A DNA stretch of 64,000 nucleotides from Octopus vulgaris (lineage: Eukaryota). Made by a program: the position numbers and the translations under genes. This document shows, one piece after another, positions 1-13,194 of this stretch. Location: positions 11,966,001 to 12,030,000 of the forward strand of contig OX597833.1 of assembly GCA_951406725.2 (NCBI GenBank). The letters are read 5' to 3'. The stretch's first letter is position 1, and the number at the start of each line of letters is the position of its first letter. Under the pieces are notes generated by a model that searched no databases, was not told the origin of the DNA, and worked only from the letters and a program-made list of their open reading frames with translations.

Positions 1-177
1 TCCATATTCATTGTATTTGAATCTGATGGTGTTCCACAGGAAAACAATACATGGTTACACGCATTATCATATCGTAGTAACCCATTGTTTTGATTGCAAA
101 TAATGGAAAGCATACTAGACGCCTTCAATACACGCACACACCACAAATACACACATACACAAAATATATTCATACAC

Positions 178-248
<71 letters not shown>

Positions 249-249
249 A

Positions 250-433
250 TAGAAGGAGCTTCTACAGGACTAGAACTGTTTCATTCAAAAGAAATCATCA
301 GGGCTTCCTGATGATTTCTTTTGAATGAAGCAGTTCTAGTCCTGTAGAATCTCCTTCTAAAAATAAATTAATTTACTCTGCTATGTATTGAGTACCTTAT
401 TTACTGTGGTTAACCCCGACTCAACCCGGGACC

Positions 434-437
<4 letters not shown>
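250..437. mobile_element. Palindromic Penelope-like terminal remnant between (TA)n tracts
   Basis: Inverted arms 250-302/307-359; contains a hammerhead-like fold; flanked on both sides by (TA)n. Confidence 0.65.
301..354 (+). ncRNA. Type I hammerhead ribozyme-like motif (C3:G8), slightly decayed
   Basis: GGGCTTC CTGATGA TTTC-TTTT-GAAT GAAG CAG-TTCTAGTC-CTG TA GAATCTC; the mirrored arm retains GAAA and GAAGCTC, which would restore a 7-bp stem I. Confidence 0.65.
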
Positions 438-481
<44 letters not shown>

Positions 482-564
482 TATATTTGTATCACGTATG
501 TGTTTGTGTATGTGAATATATAGATACCATATATATACATACGTATGTGTGCATGTATACACAC

Positions 565-611
<47 letters not shown>

Positions 612-652
612 CACGGATACAGCATAGTGTATATATATTAAGATACATCCAA

Positions 653-684
<32 letters not shown>

Positions 685-791
685 AACATTTATTTTATTA
701 TATGTTCAGTAAGTAATATATGCATACATACATACATACATAATGGCAAACATATACACAAAGGCATGTATATATTATAATGTATATATTG

Positions 792-834
<43 letters not shown>

Positions 835-939
835 AGGTTAAACGCATGCGCTCACACACACGTGGGTGTATGTGCGTATATATGAATGTACGTGTGTGTA
901 TGTTTATGTATACATCTACCAGTATATATATATCCATAC

Positions 940-1009
<70 letters not shown>

Positions 1010-1013
<4 letters not shown>

Positions 1014-1809
1014 AAAGGGCTTAGTAAAATAAATTACTTTGCCGCATACTGAACTCATTAGAAATAGCAGCTAAAAAACTTTTTTAAAAACCATTTCTAA
1101 TACTTAAAGAAAATCTCTCTCATATAGTGTTATTTTACTAAGCCCTTTTATATATTGTAATAATTTGAATTCGCCTTAAATGGTCCCTTTGCATACTGAA
1201 CACTTGGTGAAATTGATTAATAATTAATTAATTTTACCCTCAATTGTTGAAATTATAATTAATCTCCCTCTAATTAATGCTTCGGATTTTACCGAAATAA
1301 GCAGAGTGTTTGCTGATTTTAACCCACGCTGGTGGAAAGGGGAGAACAGAAATTCTTCGCTTGCATGTTTGAGTTTGTTGGCACTGTTAGTTACGAGCAG
1401 ATCTTCGAAAGCGATGAGAAGCCGAAAGAGTATGCTCTCACTTTCAGTGTTTTCAAATCCAAACCAAGGAGTTTCTGAGCTGATGATAGAAGAGTCGTGT
1501 TGACTAATCTTGAAACGTACGTTCTCAAATAACCTTTGCATTTGATTTTTTGATGTCTTTACCCCCAAACTTTCGTGAGTTGAGTTGAACAAACACTATA
1601 TGAGAGAGATTTTCTTTAAGTATTAGAAATGGTTTTTAAAAAAGTTTTTTAGCTGCTATTTCTAATGAGTTCAGTATGCGGCAAAGTAATTTATTTTACT
1701 AAGCCCTTTTATATATTGTAATAATTTGAATTCGCCTAAATGGTCCCTTTGCATACTGAACACTTGGTGAAATTGATTAATAATTAATTAATTTTACCCT
1801 CAATTGTTG

Positions 1810-1812
<3 letters not shown>
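1010..1812. mobile_element. Probable PLE-type remnant with direct and inverted terminal repeats
   Basis: ~1013-1130 is inverted at ~1594-1712; ~1131-1252 is directly repeated at ~1692-1812; bounded by (TA)n tracts. Confidence 0.5.
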
Positions 1813-1857
<45 letters not shown>

Positions 1858-2196
1858 AAAAGCAATAAAGATTCAAGTCAATTTTAATGAATTTACTTGA
1901 ATATGGTACCTAACTTAGATGCACCAAAAAACTATACGGTTTTAACAATACAGTAATGTGGGGTGATTATAAGCGAGAAAGAAGCAACAAGAATGGATAA
2001 GGTTTTTAGTACAATCGTTTCATACAAAGACAGGCTTTATTAAAAGTTGCAAAAATTGCAGCATATAAACGTGTCCCGTACTCATCAGCTAAAATACATG
2101 TGAGTTCTCTAGACATCTTAGTGGTTGAGGCTATACTCATGAAGTAATGTAGATAATTAAGTAACATAAACAGATTTCCGAAGTTCATTAAAGTTC

Positions 2197-2342
2197 TCTA
2201 AAGATGATGTACAGTCTTATCACAGATTTTTAAAAAAGTTTTAATAGCATCACAGAGAAGGTGACTTAATTAAGTCACCTTCTCTGTGATGCTATTAAAA
2301 CTTTTTTAAAAATCTGTGATAAGACTGTACATCATCTTTAGA
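2197..2342. repeat. Perfect 146-bp palindrome without spacer
   Basis: Centre ggtgacttaa|ttaagtcacc at 2269/2270; arms match to the satellite start. Confidence 0.9.
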
Positions 2343-4806
2343 TCCATGAGCGTAAGTCCTTCGGCGCAATCCTGCGTAGATCCATGAGCGTAACTTCTTA
2401 GGCGCAATCCTGCGTAGATCCATGAGCGTAAGTCCTTAGGCGCAATCCTGCGTAGATCCATGAGCGTAAGTCCTTAGGCGCAATCCTGCGTAGATCCATG
2501 AGCGTAAGTCCTTAGGCGCAATCCTGCGTAGATCCATGAGCGTAAGTCCTTAGGCGCAATCCTGCGTAGATCCATGAGCGTAGTCCTTAGGCGCAATCCT
2601 GCGTCGATCCATGAGCATAAGTCCTTAGGCGCAATCCTGCGTAGATCCATGAGCGTAAGTCCTAAGGCGCAATCCTGCGTAGATCCATGAGCGTAAGTCC
2701 TTAGGCGCAATCCTGCGTAGATCCATGAGCGTAAGTCCTTAGGCGCAATCCTGCGTAGATCCATGAGCGTAGTCCTTAGGCGCAATCCTGCGTCGATCCA
2801 TGAGCATAAGTCCTTAGGCGCAATCCTGCGTAGATCCATGAGCGTAAGTCCTTAGGTGCAATCCTGCGTAGATCCATGAGCGTAGTCCTTAGGCGCAATC
2901 CTGCGTCGATCCATGAGCATAAGTCCTTAGGCGCAATCCTGCGTAGATCCATGAGCGTAAGTCCTTAGGCGCAATCCTGCGTAGATCCATAAGCGTAAGT
3001 CCTTCGGCAAAATCCTGCGTAGATCCATGAGCGTAAGTCCTTAGGTGCAATCCTGCGTAGATCCATGAGCGTAAGTCCTTCGGCGAAATCCTGCGTAGAT
3101 CCATGAGCGTAAGTCCTAAGGCGCAATCCTGCGTAGATCCATAAGCGTAAGTCCTTCGGTGCAATCCTGCGTAGATCCATGAGCGTAAGTCCTTAGGCGC
3201 AATCCTGCGTAGATCCATAAGCGTAAGTCCTTCGGCGCAATCCTGCGTAGATCCATGAGCATAAGTCCTTAGGCGCAATCCTGCGTAGATCCATGACCGT
3301 AAGTCCTTCGGCGCAATCCTGCGTAGATCCATGAGCGTAAGTCCTTAGGCGCAATCCTGCGTAGATCCATGAGCGTAAGTCTTTAGGCGAAATCCTGCAT
3401 AGATCCATGAGCATAAGTCCTTAGGCGCAATCCTGCGTAGATCCACGAGCGTAAGTCCTTAGGCGCAATCCTGCGTAGATCCATGAGCGTAAGTCCTTAG
3501 GCGCAATGCTGCGTAGATCCATGAGCGTAAGTCTTTAGGCGCAATCCTGCGTAGATCCATGAGCGTAAGTCCTTAGGCGCAATCCTGCGTAGATCCATGA
3601 ACGTAAGTACTTAGGTGCAATCCTGTGTAGATCCATGAGCGGAAATCCTAAGACGCAATCCTGCGTAGATCCATGAGCGTAAGTCCTTAGGCGCAATCCT
3701 GCGTAGATCCATGAGCGTAAGTCCTTAGGTGCAATCCTGCGTAGATCCATGAGCGTAAGTCCTTAGGCGCAATCATGCGTAGATCCATTAGCGCAAGTCC
3801 TTAGACGCAATCCTGCGATGTCCATGAGCGTAATTCCTTAGGCGCAATCCTGCGTAGATCCATGAGCGTAAGTCCTTAGGCGCAATCCTGCGTAGATCCA
3901 TGAGCGTAAGTCCTTAGGCGCAATCCTGCGTAGATCCATGAGCGTAAGTCCTTAGGCGCAATCCTGCGTAGATCCATGAGCATAAGTCCTTAGGCGCAAT
4001 CCTGCGTAGATCCATGAGCGTAAGTCCTTCGGCGAAATCCTGCGTAGATCCATGAGCGTAAGTCCTTAGGCGCAATCCTGCGTAGATCCATGAGCATAAG
4101 TCCTTAGGCGCAATCCTGCGTAGATCCATGAGCGTAAGTCCTTCGGCGCAATCCTGCGTCGATCCATGAGCGTAAGTCCTTAGGCGCAATCCTGCGTAGA
4201 TCCATGAGCGTAAGTCCTTAGGTGCAATCCTGCGTAGATCCATGAGCGTAAGTCCTTCGGCGCAATCCTGCGTAGATACATGAGCATTAGTCCTTAGGTG
4301 CAATCCTGCGTAGATCCATGAGCGTAAGTCCTTAGGCGCAATCCTGCGTCGATCCATGAGCGTAAGTCCTTAGGTGCAATCCTGCGTAGATCCATGAGCA
4401 TAAGTCCTTAGGCGCAATCCTGCGTAGATCCATGAGCGTAAGTCCTTAGGCGCAATCCTGCGTAGATCCATGAGCGTAAGTCCTTAGGCGCAATCCTGCG
4501 TAGATCCATGAGCGTAAGTCCTTAGGCGCAATCCTGCGTAGATCCATGAGCGTAAGTCCTTAGGCGCAATCCTGCGTAGATCCATGAGCGTAAGTCCTTA
4601 GGCGCAATCCTGCGTAGATCCACGAGCGTAAGTCCTTAGGCGCAATCCTGCGTAGATCCATGAGCGTAAGTCCTTAGGCGCAATCCTGCGTAGATCCATG
4701 AGCGTAAGTCCTTAGGCGCAATCCTGCGTCGATCCATGAGCGTAAGTCTTTAGGCGCAATCCTGCGTAGATCCACGAGCGAAAGTCCTTAGGTGCAATTC
4801 TAAGGG
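2339..4806. repeat. 38-bp tandem satellite, ~65 copies
   Basis: Unit tagatccatgagcgtaagtccttaggcgcaatcctgcg repeated head-to-tail with few variants. Confidence 0.97.
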
Positions 4807-5511
4807 CTTATCGGAATGATATCATCCTCCCACGAATTCTTTGACCGCTCTTGTCATTTGAAGTCCAAATATCCACAGTGGAATGCTTTGAGGGGAGAGC
4901 CAGTGGGTTCCTGTTGAAGTGGTCGGAATGGTTGAGTCTTCTTTGATGCCCGAATAACATCACCCTGTTTGGTAAGACCAATAATTTGAAGGTCCCTATC
5001 AGTAGCTTGAGAGAAGAATTTGTCGTCACATGTACTTGGGATATGTGGCAAAACCGAGACACCTGCAACCTTAATGCCTCTAAGGCTGGTGTTGAGGTTA
5101 GAACAGGACGAAAGTTGTCAGCATTGGAGGCTCTCAAGGTTACAGAGTCACGGGTGAGACTCAGTGGGCATCGTACCCTGTGGAAGTGCTGGCCTGGAAG
5201 CACTACAACGTCCCGTTATGACAAGGTTCAAGGAAAGGACAAGAGGCTACTGATCTGGAATGAGGTACGAGCTTCGATTCAGAAGGAAGGAGCCAGTTAG
5301 TTAGTATGTTGAGATGAGGCGTTAGGGAGTATCGCTATGATGGCACCAAGCAGTAAAATACAGTTTCGTGTCCTGACCTTTGGGGATTTGATCAACTCTT
5401 GTCGGTGACCTGAGTGAGGGTATCTGATATTGAAAGACCCGAAACTTAATTACTCAAGAATCATTACTAATGTCGAGTCCAGATGCAGCACCCGGATGAT
5501 GTAGAGAAAAA

Positions 5512-5612
<101 letters not shown>

Positions 5613-6003
5613 TAGAAGTAAATATATGGCACAACGAAGTACCGATATTTACTGGAAAATAGCGAACGTAATAAATACGACGCTAATGTATAGCTTCACC
5701 GCGTATGTACTAGCAAATATGCGTGTGTGTAACAAACTTGAAAAAATGAAAGATGAAATGCCTAGAAAGGGATAATGTGGTTCCGGTTTCAGGTTTTTCA
5801 AGATATGTCTGCACACATATATTGGAAAGCAATACTCTCGTATTGCATTACTATTTTTATTGAAACTTCTTCACTGTTCTCGTTCTGTCGGCGTTTTCGC
5901 GTTTCAGTCGAGTGTATTGGCATTGATGTGGCAACAATGAAATGTTGTCGAGGTATATGTTGGCTGATGAAGATAAATCAAGTATATGTGTGCAGACATA
6001 TCT

Positions 6004-6189
6004 TGTATGTGTGTGTGTTTGTATGTATGTAGGTGTGTGTATTGTGTATGTACGTGTGTGTACTGTGTATGTATGTACGCATGTATATATATATATATAT
6101 ATATATATACATGCGTACATACATATACAGTACACACACGTACATACACAATACACACACCTACATACATACAAACACACACACATACA
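6004..6189. repeat. Fold-back palindrome centred on a (TA)n tract
   Basis: Irregular GT/AT sequence left of the tract is reproduced as a near-exact reverse complement on the right. Confidence 0.8.
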
Positions 6190-6255
6190 CAACACATACG
6201 TACACAGATATACATATACACATACATATATACACAAATGTGTACATACCTACAT

Positions 6256-6470
6256 AAGAGAGGGTCCTGAAAAGTTCCTGGCTTTAAGGGTATCGCGGAA
6301 GTCCTGGCTGGGGGCCCGACATCTGAGATTTTTAGAGGGCTTAGAAAAACTGAAGGACCACCGTCATTAAGTGTGTGAATCTGAGAGGGGAATTTCTTGA
6401 ATAAAGTCATAATTAAGTGATCCCCCCGTATTTTCTATTATCGAAAGCCAGAAACTGTTGTGCACCCCGC
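6256..6470. mobile_element. Short mariner-like non-autonomous element (MITE)
   Basis: Imperfect TIRs gagggtcctgaaaagttcctggcttt / aaagccagaaactgttgtgcacccc. Confidence 0.5.
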
Positions 6471-6517
6471 CGTAGATGCATAATTACATCCACCAATATA
6501 CATATATTAACAAACTC

Positions 6518-6700
6518 GCAGGAGTGGCTGTGTGGTAACTAGCTTGCTAACCAGCCACATGGTTCCGGGTTCAGTCCCACTGCGTGGCACCTTGGGCAAG
6601 TGTCTTCTACTATAGCCTCGGGCCGACCAAAGCCTTGTGAGTGGATTTGGTAGACGGAAACTGAAAGAAGCCCGTCATATATATGTGTGTATATATATAA
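6518..6700 (+). mobile_element. SINE family A, 5' half
   Basis: tRNA-like head (A box tggctgtgtggt, B box ggttcagtcc) and core gcaccttgggcaagtgtctt. Confidence 0.85.
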
Positions 6701-6878
6701 AGTTAATCCAAACAAGAAAGCACAAAAAAACACAACAACGCGAGGACGTGGAACAAATATAGTATTATTGGACGCTCAGGAAAGAAGGAAAGAGGGAGGG
6801 CTTAACGTCTCGAGCGGAGCTCTTCGTCGGAAACATAGGAGAAGGAAATATCCAGAGAAGGGAAGTTAGGGGAAAAAA
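6700..6878 (-). mobile_element. PLE-like terminal remnant with U4C hammerhead-like motif (6800-6834)
   Basis: Homologous to 29045-29246 and 59729-59938; minus strand GTTT CCGACGA A GAGC-TCC-GCTC GAGA CG TT AAGC. Confidence 0.6.
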
Positions 6879-6882
6879 TATG

Positions 6883-7433
<551 letters not shown>

Positions 7434-7591
7434 AACTCACAAACACGTACACATAGACGGTAAATTTCTCGACTACCCCACGGTCAACTACCTAACGTTT
7501 GAGTCTTCACTGGTAAATTAAACCAGCTCTAGGTTAATTAGCAAAACCACACACGATCATGCGCAATTAATTTATTTTATTGTTTTTTCCC

Positions 7592-7771
7592 TCATATGTT
7601 TGTTTCCATTAATTTCCAGTTACTTTCGTGAATATTTAACCTAGATGACGTACATGTGAAGCTTCTACATATATTCTGAAAAACGTACACGATTGAGTGT
7701 TTCGTATCAGATACTCTTTTCACATTGGCAATCATCACCAAATAACGGTGAGTCTTCCTGCGATACCGACT
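7592..7771 (-). CDS. Candidate terminal exon of unknown host gene (SRYRRKTHRY...METNI*)
   Basis: Acceptor tatttcaaAG, 59 open codons plus TGA, AATAAA ~10-20 nt downstream; phase 0 matches the upstream candidate exon. Confidence 0.4.
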   Translation of the reverse strand, partial: SRYRRKTHRYLVMIANVKRVSDTKHSIVYVFQNICRSFTCTSSRLNIHESNWKLMETNI

Positions 7772-7795
7772 CTTTGAAATAAGCAACCATATACA

Positions 7796-8203
7796 TAGGC
7801 GCAGCAGTGGCTGTGTGGTAAGTAGCTTGCTAACTAATCTCATGGTTCCGGGTTCAGTCCCACTGCGCGGCATCTTGGGTAAGTGTCTTCTGCTATAGCT
7901 CCGGGCCGACCAATGCCTTGTGAGTGGATTTGGTAGACGGAAACTGAAAGAAGTGATATATGTGTTGTATATATATATATGTGTGTGTATGTGTGTGTGT
8001 TTGTGTGTGTGTGTGTTTGTCCCCCTAGCATTGCTTGACAACCGATGCTGGTGTGTTTACGTCCCCGTCACTTAGCGGTTCGGCAAAAGAGACCGATAGA
8101 ATAAGTACTGGGCTTACAAAGAAAAAGTCCCGGGGTCGATTTGCTCGACTAAAGGCGGTGCTCCAGCATGGCCGCAGTCAAATGACTGAAACAAGTAAAA
8201 GAG
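7796..8203 (+). mobile_element. SINE family A, full length
   Basis: Same head/core/tail as 6999-7433. Confidence 0.92.
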
Positions 8204-8479
8204 TATACAAACTCACCCTCACACCCATACACACATCAACCCAGACGTGCGCGCGCGCGCGCGCGGGAAGGTTCCACATCGTGTGTCGAAGCCGACACAC
8301 AAGTTTCTGCCAGTCTTTACCTTGAAAGAATAAAAGAATTAAATACTCAGATGTATTGAATATCAATGTAGGTAATATTTGGCTGCATTGTTTATAAAAC
8401 GCATGCGCACACAGACACACATACATATACGCATGCATCCAAATACATACATACATACATGATGGCTGCCCCCCCCCCC

Positions 8480-8765
8480 GTTATCGAGTATGGCCATTGC
8501 ACGAAGCTTAACTGTTATTGGTGTTGTGATCGAACGTGACTTTTTAGCCCAGCTAAAGATCCTCAATGTCTTGTACAAAATTGGCAACTAAGACCTTTAC
8601 CGGTAATAGCCGGCTGTAGTTGGAACTGGGCTTCATGTACCTTTGCATGTTGTTTAAGTCCTCCTGCCGAATTACACACACTCTCTTCCACATGCCCGAC
8701 AGATATGATTAGTATGGTGTGTAACACCACCACCAGTGGCCAGGTTGTCACTCATCTGTCTCGCT
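8480..8765 (-). mobile_element. Probable LINE ORF2 3' relic with C2H2-like finger
   Basis: Frameshifted HICRACGREC..SAGGLKQHAKVH, of the type found at RTE-like ORF2 ends. Confidence 0.4.
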
Positions 8766-9011
8766 TTATGACTACATACATACATACTTACATACACACA
8801 TACATACATACATACATACATACATACATACATACATACATACATACATACATACACACACACATACACACATACACACATACATACATACATACATACA
8901 TACATACATACATACATACATACATACACGCATACTCTATCTAGATTACAAGTTCAGCTTTATACCGTTAATTATTGGGGCACTGGGATATGTAACACAC
9001 TCCCTAAATAC

Positions 9012-9065
9012 CAATCTTGAGAAAGTAGGCTGCTCAAAAGTATATTCGAAGACTACAGATCCAAT
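9012..9065 (-). CDS. Candidate internal exon (IGSVVFEYTFEQPTFSRL)
   Basis: ccattgatAG...ttg|GTattt, 54 nt, phase 0/0, open frame. Confidence 0.4.
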
Positions 9066-9265
9066 CTATCAATGGAACTGTAATAATCTGTAAAACTTTC
9101 CAGAAGTTTATCATTTAAGTATATATGCACAAGAATACATACATAAAGCAAAACGTACAAATCTGTACATATACATACATTCATACATACATACATACAT
9201 ACATACATACATACATACATACATAATACATACATACATACACACATACATACAAACAAAAATAC

Positions 9266-9345
9266 CTTGTTCTTGATATTGAAGTTCCAGTAAAGGAACC
9301 TTGGATCTCGGTTAGAATCCGACGCTTTCTCTATTGGCAAGAAAT
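9266..9345 (-). CDS. Candidate internal exon (xFLPIEKASDSNRDPRFLYWNFNIKNK)
   Basis: ttttacttcaAG...aag|GTattt, 80 nt, phase 1/0; complex-sequence island inside (TACA)n. Confidence 0.45.
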
Positions 9346-9368
9346 CTTGAAGTAAAACCGAACAATGA

Positions 9369-10277
9369 CATACATACATACATACATACATACATACATA
9401 CATACATACATACATACATGCATACGTACATACATACACACATACATACATACATACGCACATACATACATACATAAATACATACATACATACATACGCA
9501 CATACATACATACATACGCACATACATACATACATACACACGTACATACATACATATATACATACATACGCACATACATACATATATACACACATACATA
9601 CATACGCACATACATACATACATTCATACATACATACATACATACGCACATACATTAATACATACATACATACATACATGCATACGCACATACATACATA
9701 CATACATACATACGCACATACATTAATACATTCATACATACATACATACATACGCACATACATTCATACATACATACATACATACGCACATACATTAATA
9801 CATACATACATACATACGCACATACATACATACATACATATATACACACATACATACATACGCACATACATTAATACATTCATACATACATACATACATA
9901 CATACATACATACATACATACATACATACATACATACTACGCACATACATTAATACATACATACATACATACGCACATACATACATACATACATATATAC
10001 ACACATACATACATACGCACATACATTAATACATTCATACATACATACATACATACGCACATACATTAATACATACATACATACATACATACGCACATAC
10101 ATTAATACATACATACATACGCACATACATACATACATACATATATACACACATACATACATACGCACATACATTAATACATTCATACATACATACATAC
10201 ATACGCACATACATTAATACATACATACATACATACATACGCACATACATTAATACATACATACATACATACATACA
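9369..10277. repeat. Compound (TACA)n microsatellite with recurring cgca/ttaa/ttca interruptions
   Basis: Direct inspection; further (TACA)n at 8774-8930 and 9170-9255. Confidence 0.95.
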
Positions 10278-10302
10278 TTTGCAAATATCATAATATACAT
10301 AC

Positions 10303-10385
10303 ATATATGCAGGTATGTAAGTCGATAAAATATCTGTGGCTCTGTATCGGCCTTGTTATTCAAACTTTCACATATGCTACGCGCA
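10303..10385 (-). CDS. Candidate internal exon (ARSICESLNNKADTEPQIFYRLTYLHI)
   Basis: ttttgatttaacAG...|GTatgt, 83 nt, phase 2/1, compatible with the next candidate exon. Confidence 0.4.
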
Positions 10386-10601
10386 CTGTTAAATCAAAAC
10401 AATAAACTTCTTTGTTTGTATATTGTACACTGTGGGAGACTATAAAGTCAGTGGCCTGGAGGTATTTATGTTTGAAGTGAAGGTAACCGTGTTATCCTTT
10501 GCAACGTGATTCTATTGTGGTCTTATTATGCATCACGTGTGCTGTGTCCAGTAACCATGTATGCCCATTATAATGCCTTTATTATACAGGGCGTTTGTTA
10601 A

Positions 10602-11010
10602 TCTTCTTCTATATATATAAAACTGTAGTTGTGTGAGTGTCTGTCCCCTTCGATTTAGATTCCTAACTACTCCCACATTTTGCGGTGCAGTGTAACCAAA
10701 AGCGGGTATCTTATAGTCGTGATTCATATCGAGCCCTTCTGGGTATTAGCGCGCGTCTACGATGAGTCTACGATTTAAAAAGAAAAAAAACCCATCATTT
10801 TTTCCCATTTTTAATGCATTTTTTGCTATTATATAAGGGAAGTAACTCTCTAAAAATGTATTATTAAATCTCAGAACGTAAAAAAAGCTACAGTAACACC
10901 CCCCCTTTGTGGTTAGCCATATTGAGATGGTTATTATACTTTACATCTCTAAAAATGCTTATATAGTTATTTCCCTTACAAACCCGAGCAACGCCGGGGG
11001 ATACTGCTAG
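10602..11010 (+). mobile_element. Non-autonomous Helitron
   Basis: 5' TC, subterminal GC-rich hairpin cccgagcaacgccggg, 3' CTAG, inserted between A and T, no TSD. Confidence 0.85.
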
Positions 11011-11123
11011 TTACATTATATAATTAGCTCAGTTTCATTAACATATGCAGTATTAGCAATCTGAATTCAACTCATTCATTTCACTTGGAAGGTGATGTTA
11101 TTAAAGTTTTACTACATATCTAA

Positions 11124-11518
11124 CTAGCAGTATCGCCCGGCGTTGCTCGGGTTTGTAAGGGAAATAACTATATAAGCATTTTTAGAGAGTTATAGCCAAA
11201 AAATAGCAAAAATGCATTAAAAATGGAAAAAAAATTATGGTAAATGTTTTTTTAAATCGTTGACTCATCGTAGACATTTTTAGAGAGTTACTTCCCTTAT
11301 TTAATAGCAAAAAAAATGCATTAAAATGGAAAAATATGATGGTAATTTTTTTTTAATCGTAGACTCATCGTAGACGCGCGCTAATACCCAGAAGGGCTCG
11401 ATATGAATCACGACTATAAGATACCCGGTTTTGGTTAAACTGCACCGCAAAATGTGGGAGTAGTTAGGAATCTAAATCGTAGGAGACAGACACACAACCT
11501 TACTTTTATATATAAAGA
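11124..11518 (-). mobile_element. Non-autonomous Helitron
   Basis: Same family; TC...hairpin...CTAG on the minus strand. Confidence 0.85.
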
Positions 11519-11854
11519 CTAGCAGTATCGCCCGGCGTTGCTCGGGTTTGTAAGGGAAATAACTATATAAGCATTTTTAGAGAGTTACTTCCCTTATAGA
11601 TGCCAATTCGGGCTTTCTTAGCCATTTCTGTTTTGGTGTCTTCAAGCCATGAAGTCGTTGATCTAAAAGAACGCTGGTCTCGTTGACAACGCTTTACGAC
11701 GTTGATTTCCTTACTCTCCCTTCCCCACAGCTTCACGAGGGAGGGAAGATACACGACTATAAGATACCCGAATTTGATTAAACTGCACCGCAAAATGTGG
11801 GAATCTAAATCGTAGGAGACAGACAGCACACAACCTCACTTTTATATATAAAGA
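11519..11854 (-). mobile_element. Non-autonomous Helitron joined head-to-tail to the previous copy
   Basis: Same termini, different internal segment; exact CTAG|TC junction at 11519/11518. Confidence 0.85.
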
Positions 11855-11964
11855 TATTATTGCTACTTAGTGTTCGGTGATAACTTATGCGCACTTAAAA
11901 TGTATTTAATACAGGAAATAACTTGTTTGCAAAGGGTTAGGGTTCCAGTACGTGTTCCTTAGGT

Positions 11965-12008
<44 letters not shown>

Positions 12009-12029
12009 CGTTTGTATATTACTCTTTCT

Positions 12030-12441
12030 CTATTACTCTTTTACTTGTTTCAGTCATTTGACTGCGGCCATGCTGGAGCACCGCTTTTAGTCGAGCAAAT
12101 CGACCACCAGGACTTGTTCTTCGTAAGCCTAGTACTTATTCTATCGGTCACTTTTGCCGAACCGCTAAATTACGGGGACGTAAACACACCAGCATCGGTT
12201 GTCAAGCGATGTTGGGGGGACAAACACACAAACACACGCAAACAGATACACAGACACACACATATATACATATACATATATACGACAGGCTTCTTTCAGT
12301 TTCCGTCTACTAAATCCACTCACAAGGCAATGGTCGATCCGAGGCTATAGTAGAAGATACTTGCCCAAAGTGCCACGCAGTGGGACTGAACCCGGAACCA
12401 TGTGGTTGGTAAACAAGCTACTTACCACACAGCCACTCCTA
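12030..12441 (-). mobile_element. SINE family A
   Basis: Reverse complement of the family A consensus. Confidence 0.9.
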
Positions 12442-12443
12442 TG

Positions 12444-12524
<81 letters not shown>

Positions 12525-12770
12525 GTGTGTGTGTGTATGTGTGTGTATACAAATAGATTTGTGACTTTTCGGTGGTACAGAAGTATTTTTTTACTTCTAT
12601 CATTAGCGATATAGGTACGCATGTTGTACCTTTGTGTATATATGTACACATCTAATATTGTATGTATATATTTTATTATTTTATATGTATATATATTCTT
12701 ATAAATATACATATATATATACACATATATATGTACATATTCATATATATGTACATATATATATATACAT

Positions 12771-12814
<44 letters not shown>

Positions 12815-12835
12815 GTATATGTATATATGCGTATA

Positions 12836-12892
<57 letters not shown>

Positions 12893-12904
12893 TCTTATAA
12901 ATAT

Positions 12905-12935
<31 letters not shown>

Positions 12936-13194
12936 CGCATATACATGTACATATTCATATATATGTACATATATATATATATATATATATATACATACAC
13001 CCCCACACACACATATATATATATATATATATTTATGTATATGTATATATGCGTATATATATTTCGTTTTGGGATTTGGTTTACAAGATTCTTTAAGGCA
13101 CAAAAAGAAAATGACTCTCACCAGACACAACAGAATATATATAAATAAATATATATATATGATGTATGTATGTATGTGTGTGTGTGTGTGTGTG

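Noticed and set aside
2060-2095. Hammerhead at CTGATGAGTAC on the minus strand
   Set aside because: No GAAA or stem III partner found
2339-4806. CRISPR array or coding repeat (MDLRRIAPKD ORFs)
   Set aside because: No unique spacers and no cas genes; the 38-bp unit is not a multiple of 3 and frames are broken
2339-4806. Telomeric repeat because of TTAGG
   Set aside because: Only one TTAGG per 38-bp unit, not tandem
4808-5300. Protein-coding ORFs next to the satellite
   Set aside because: No recognisable motifs or splice context; probably a decayed element
5405-5456. Hammerhead-like CTGAGTGA...CCCGAAAC
   Set aside because: Core length wrong and stem I ambiguous
8600-8720. Host C2H2 zinc-finger gene
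   Set aside because: Single frameshifted finger without linker repeats; better explained as a LINE ORF2 end
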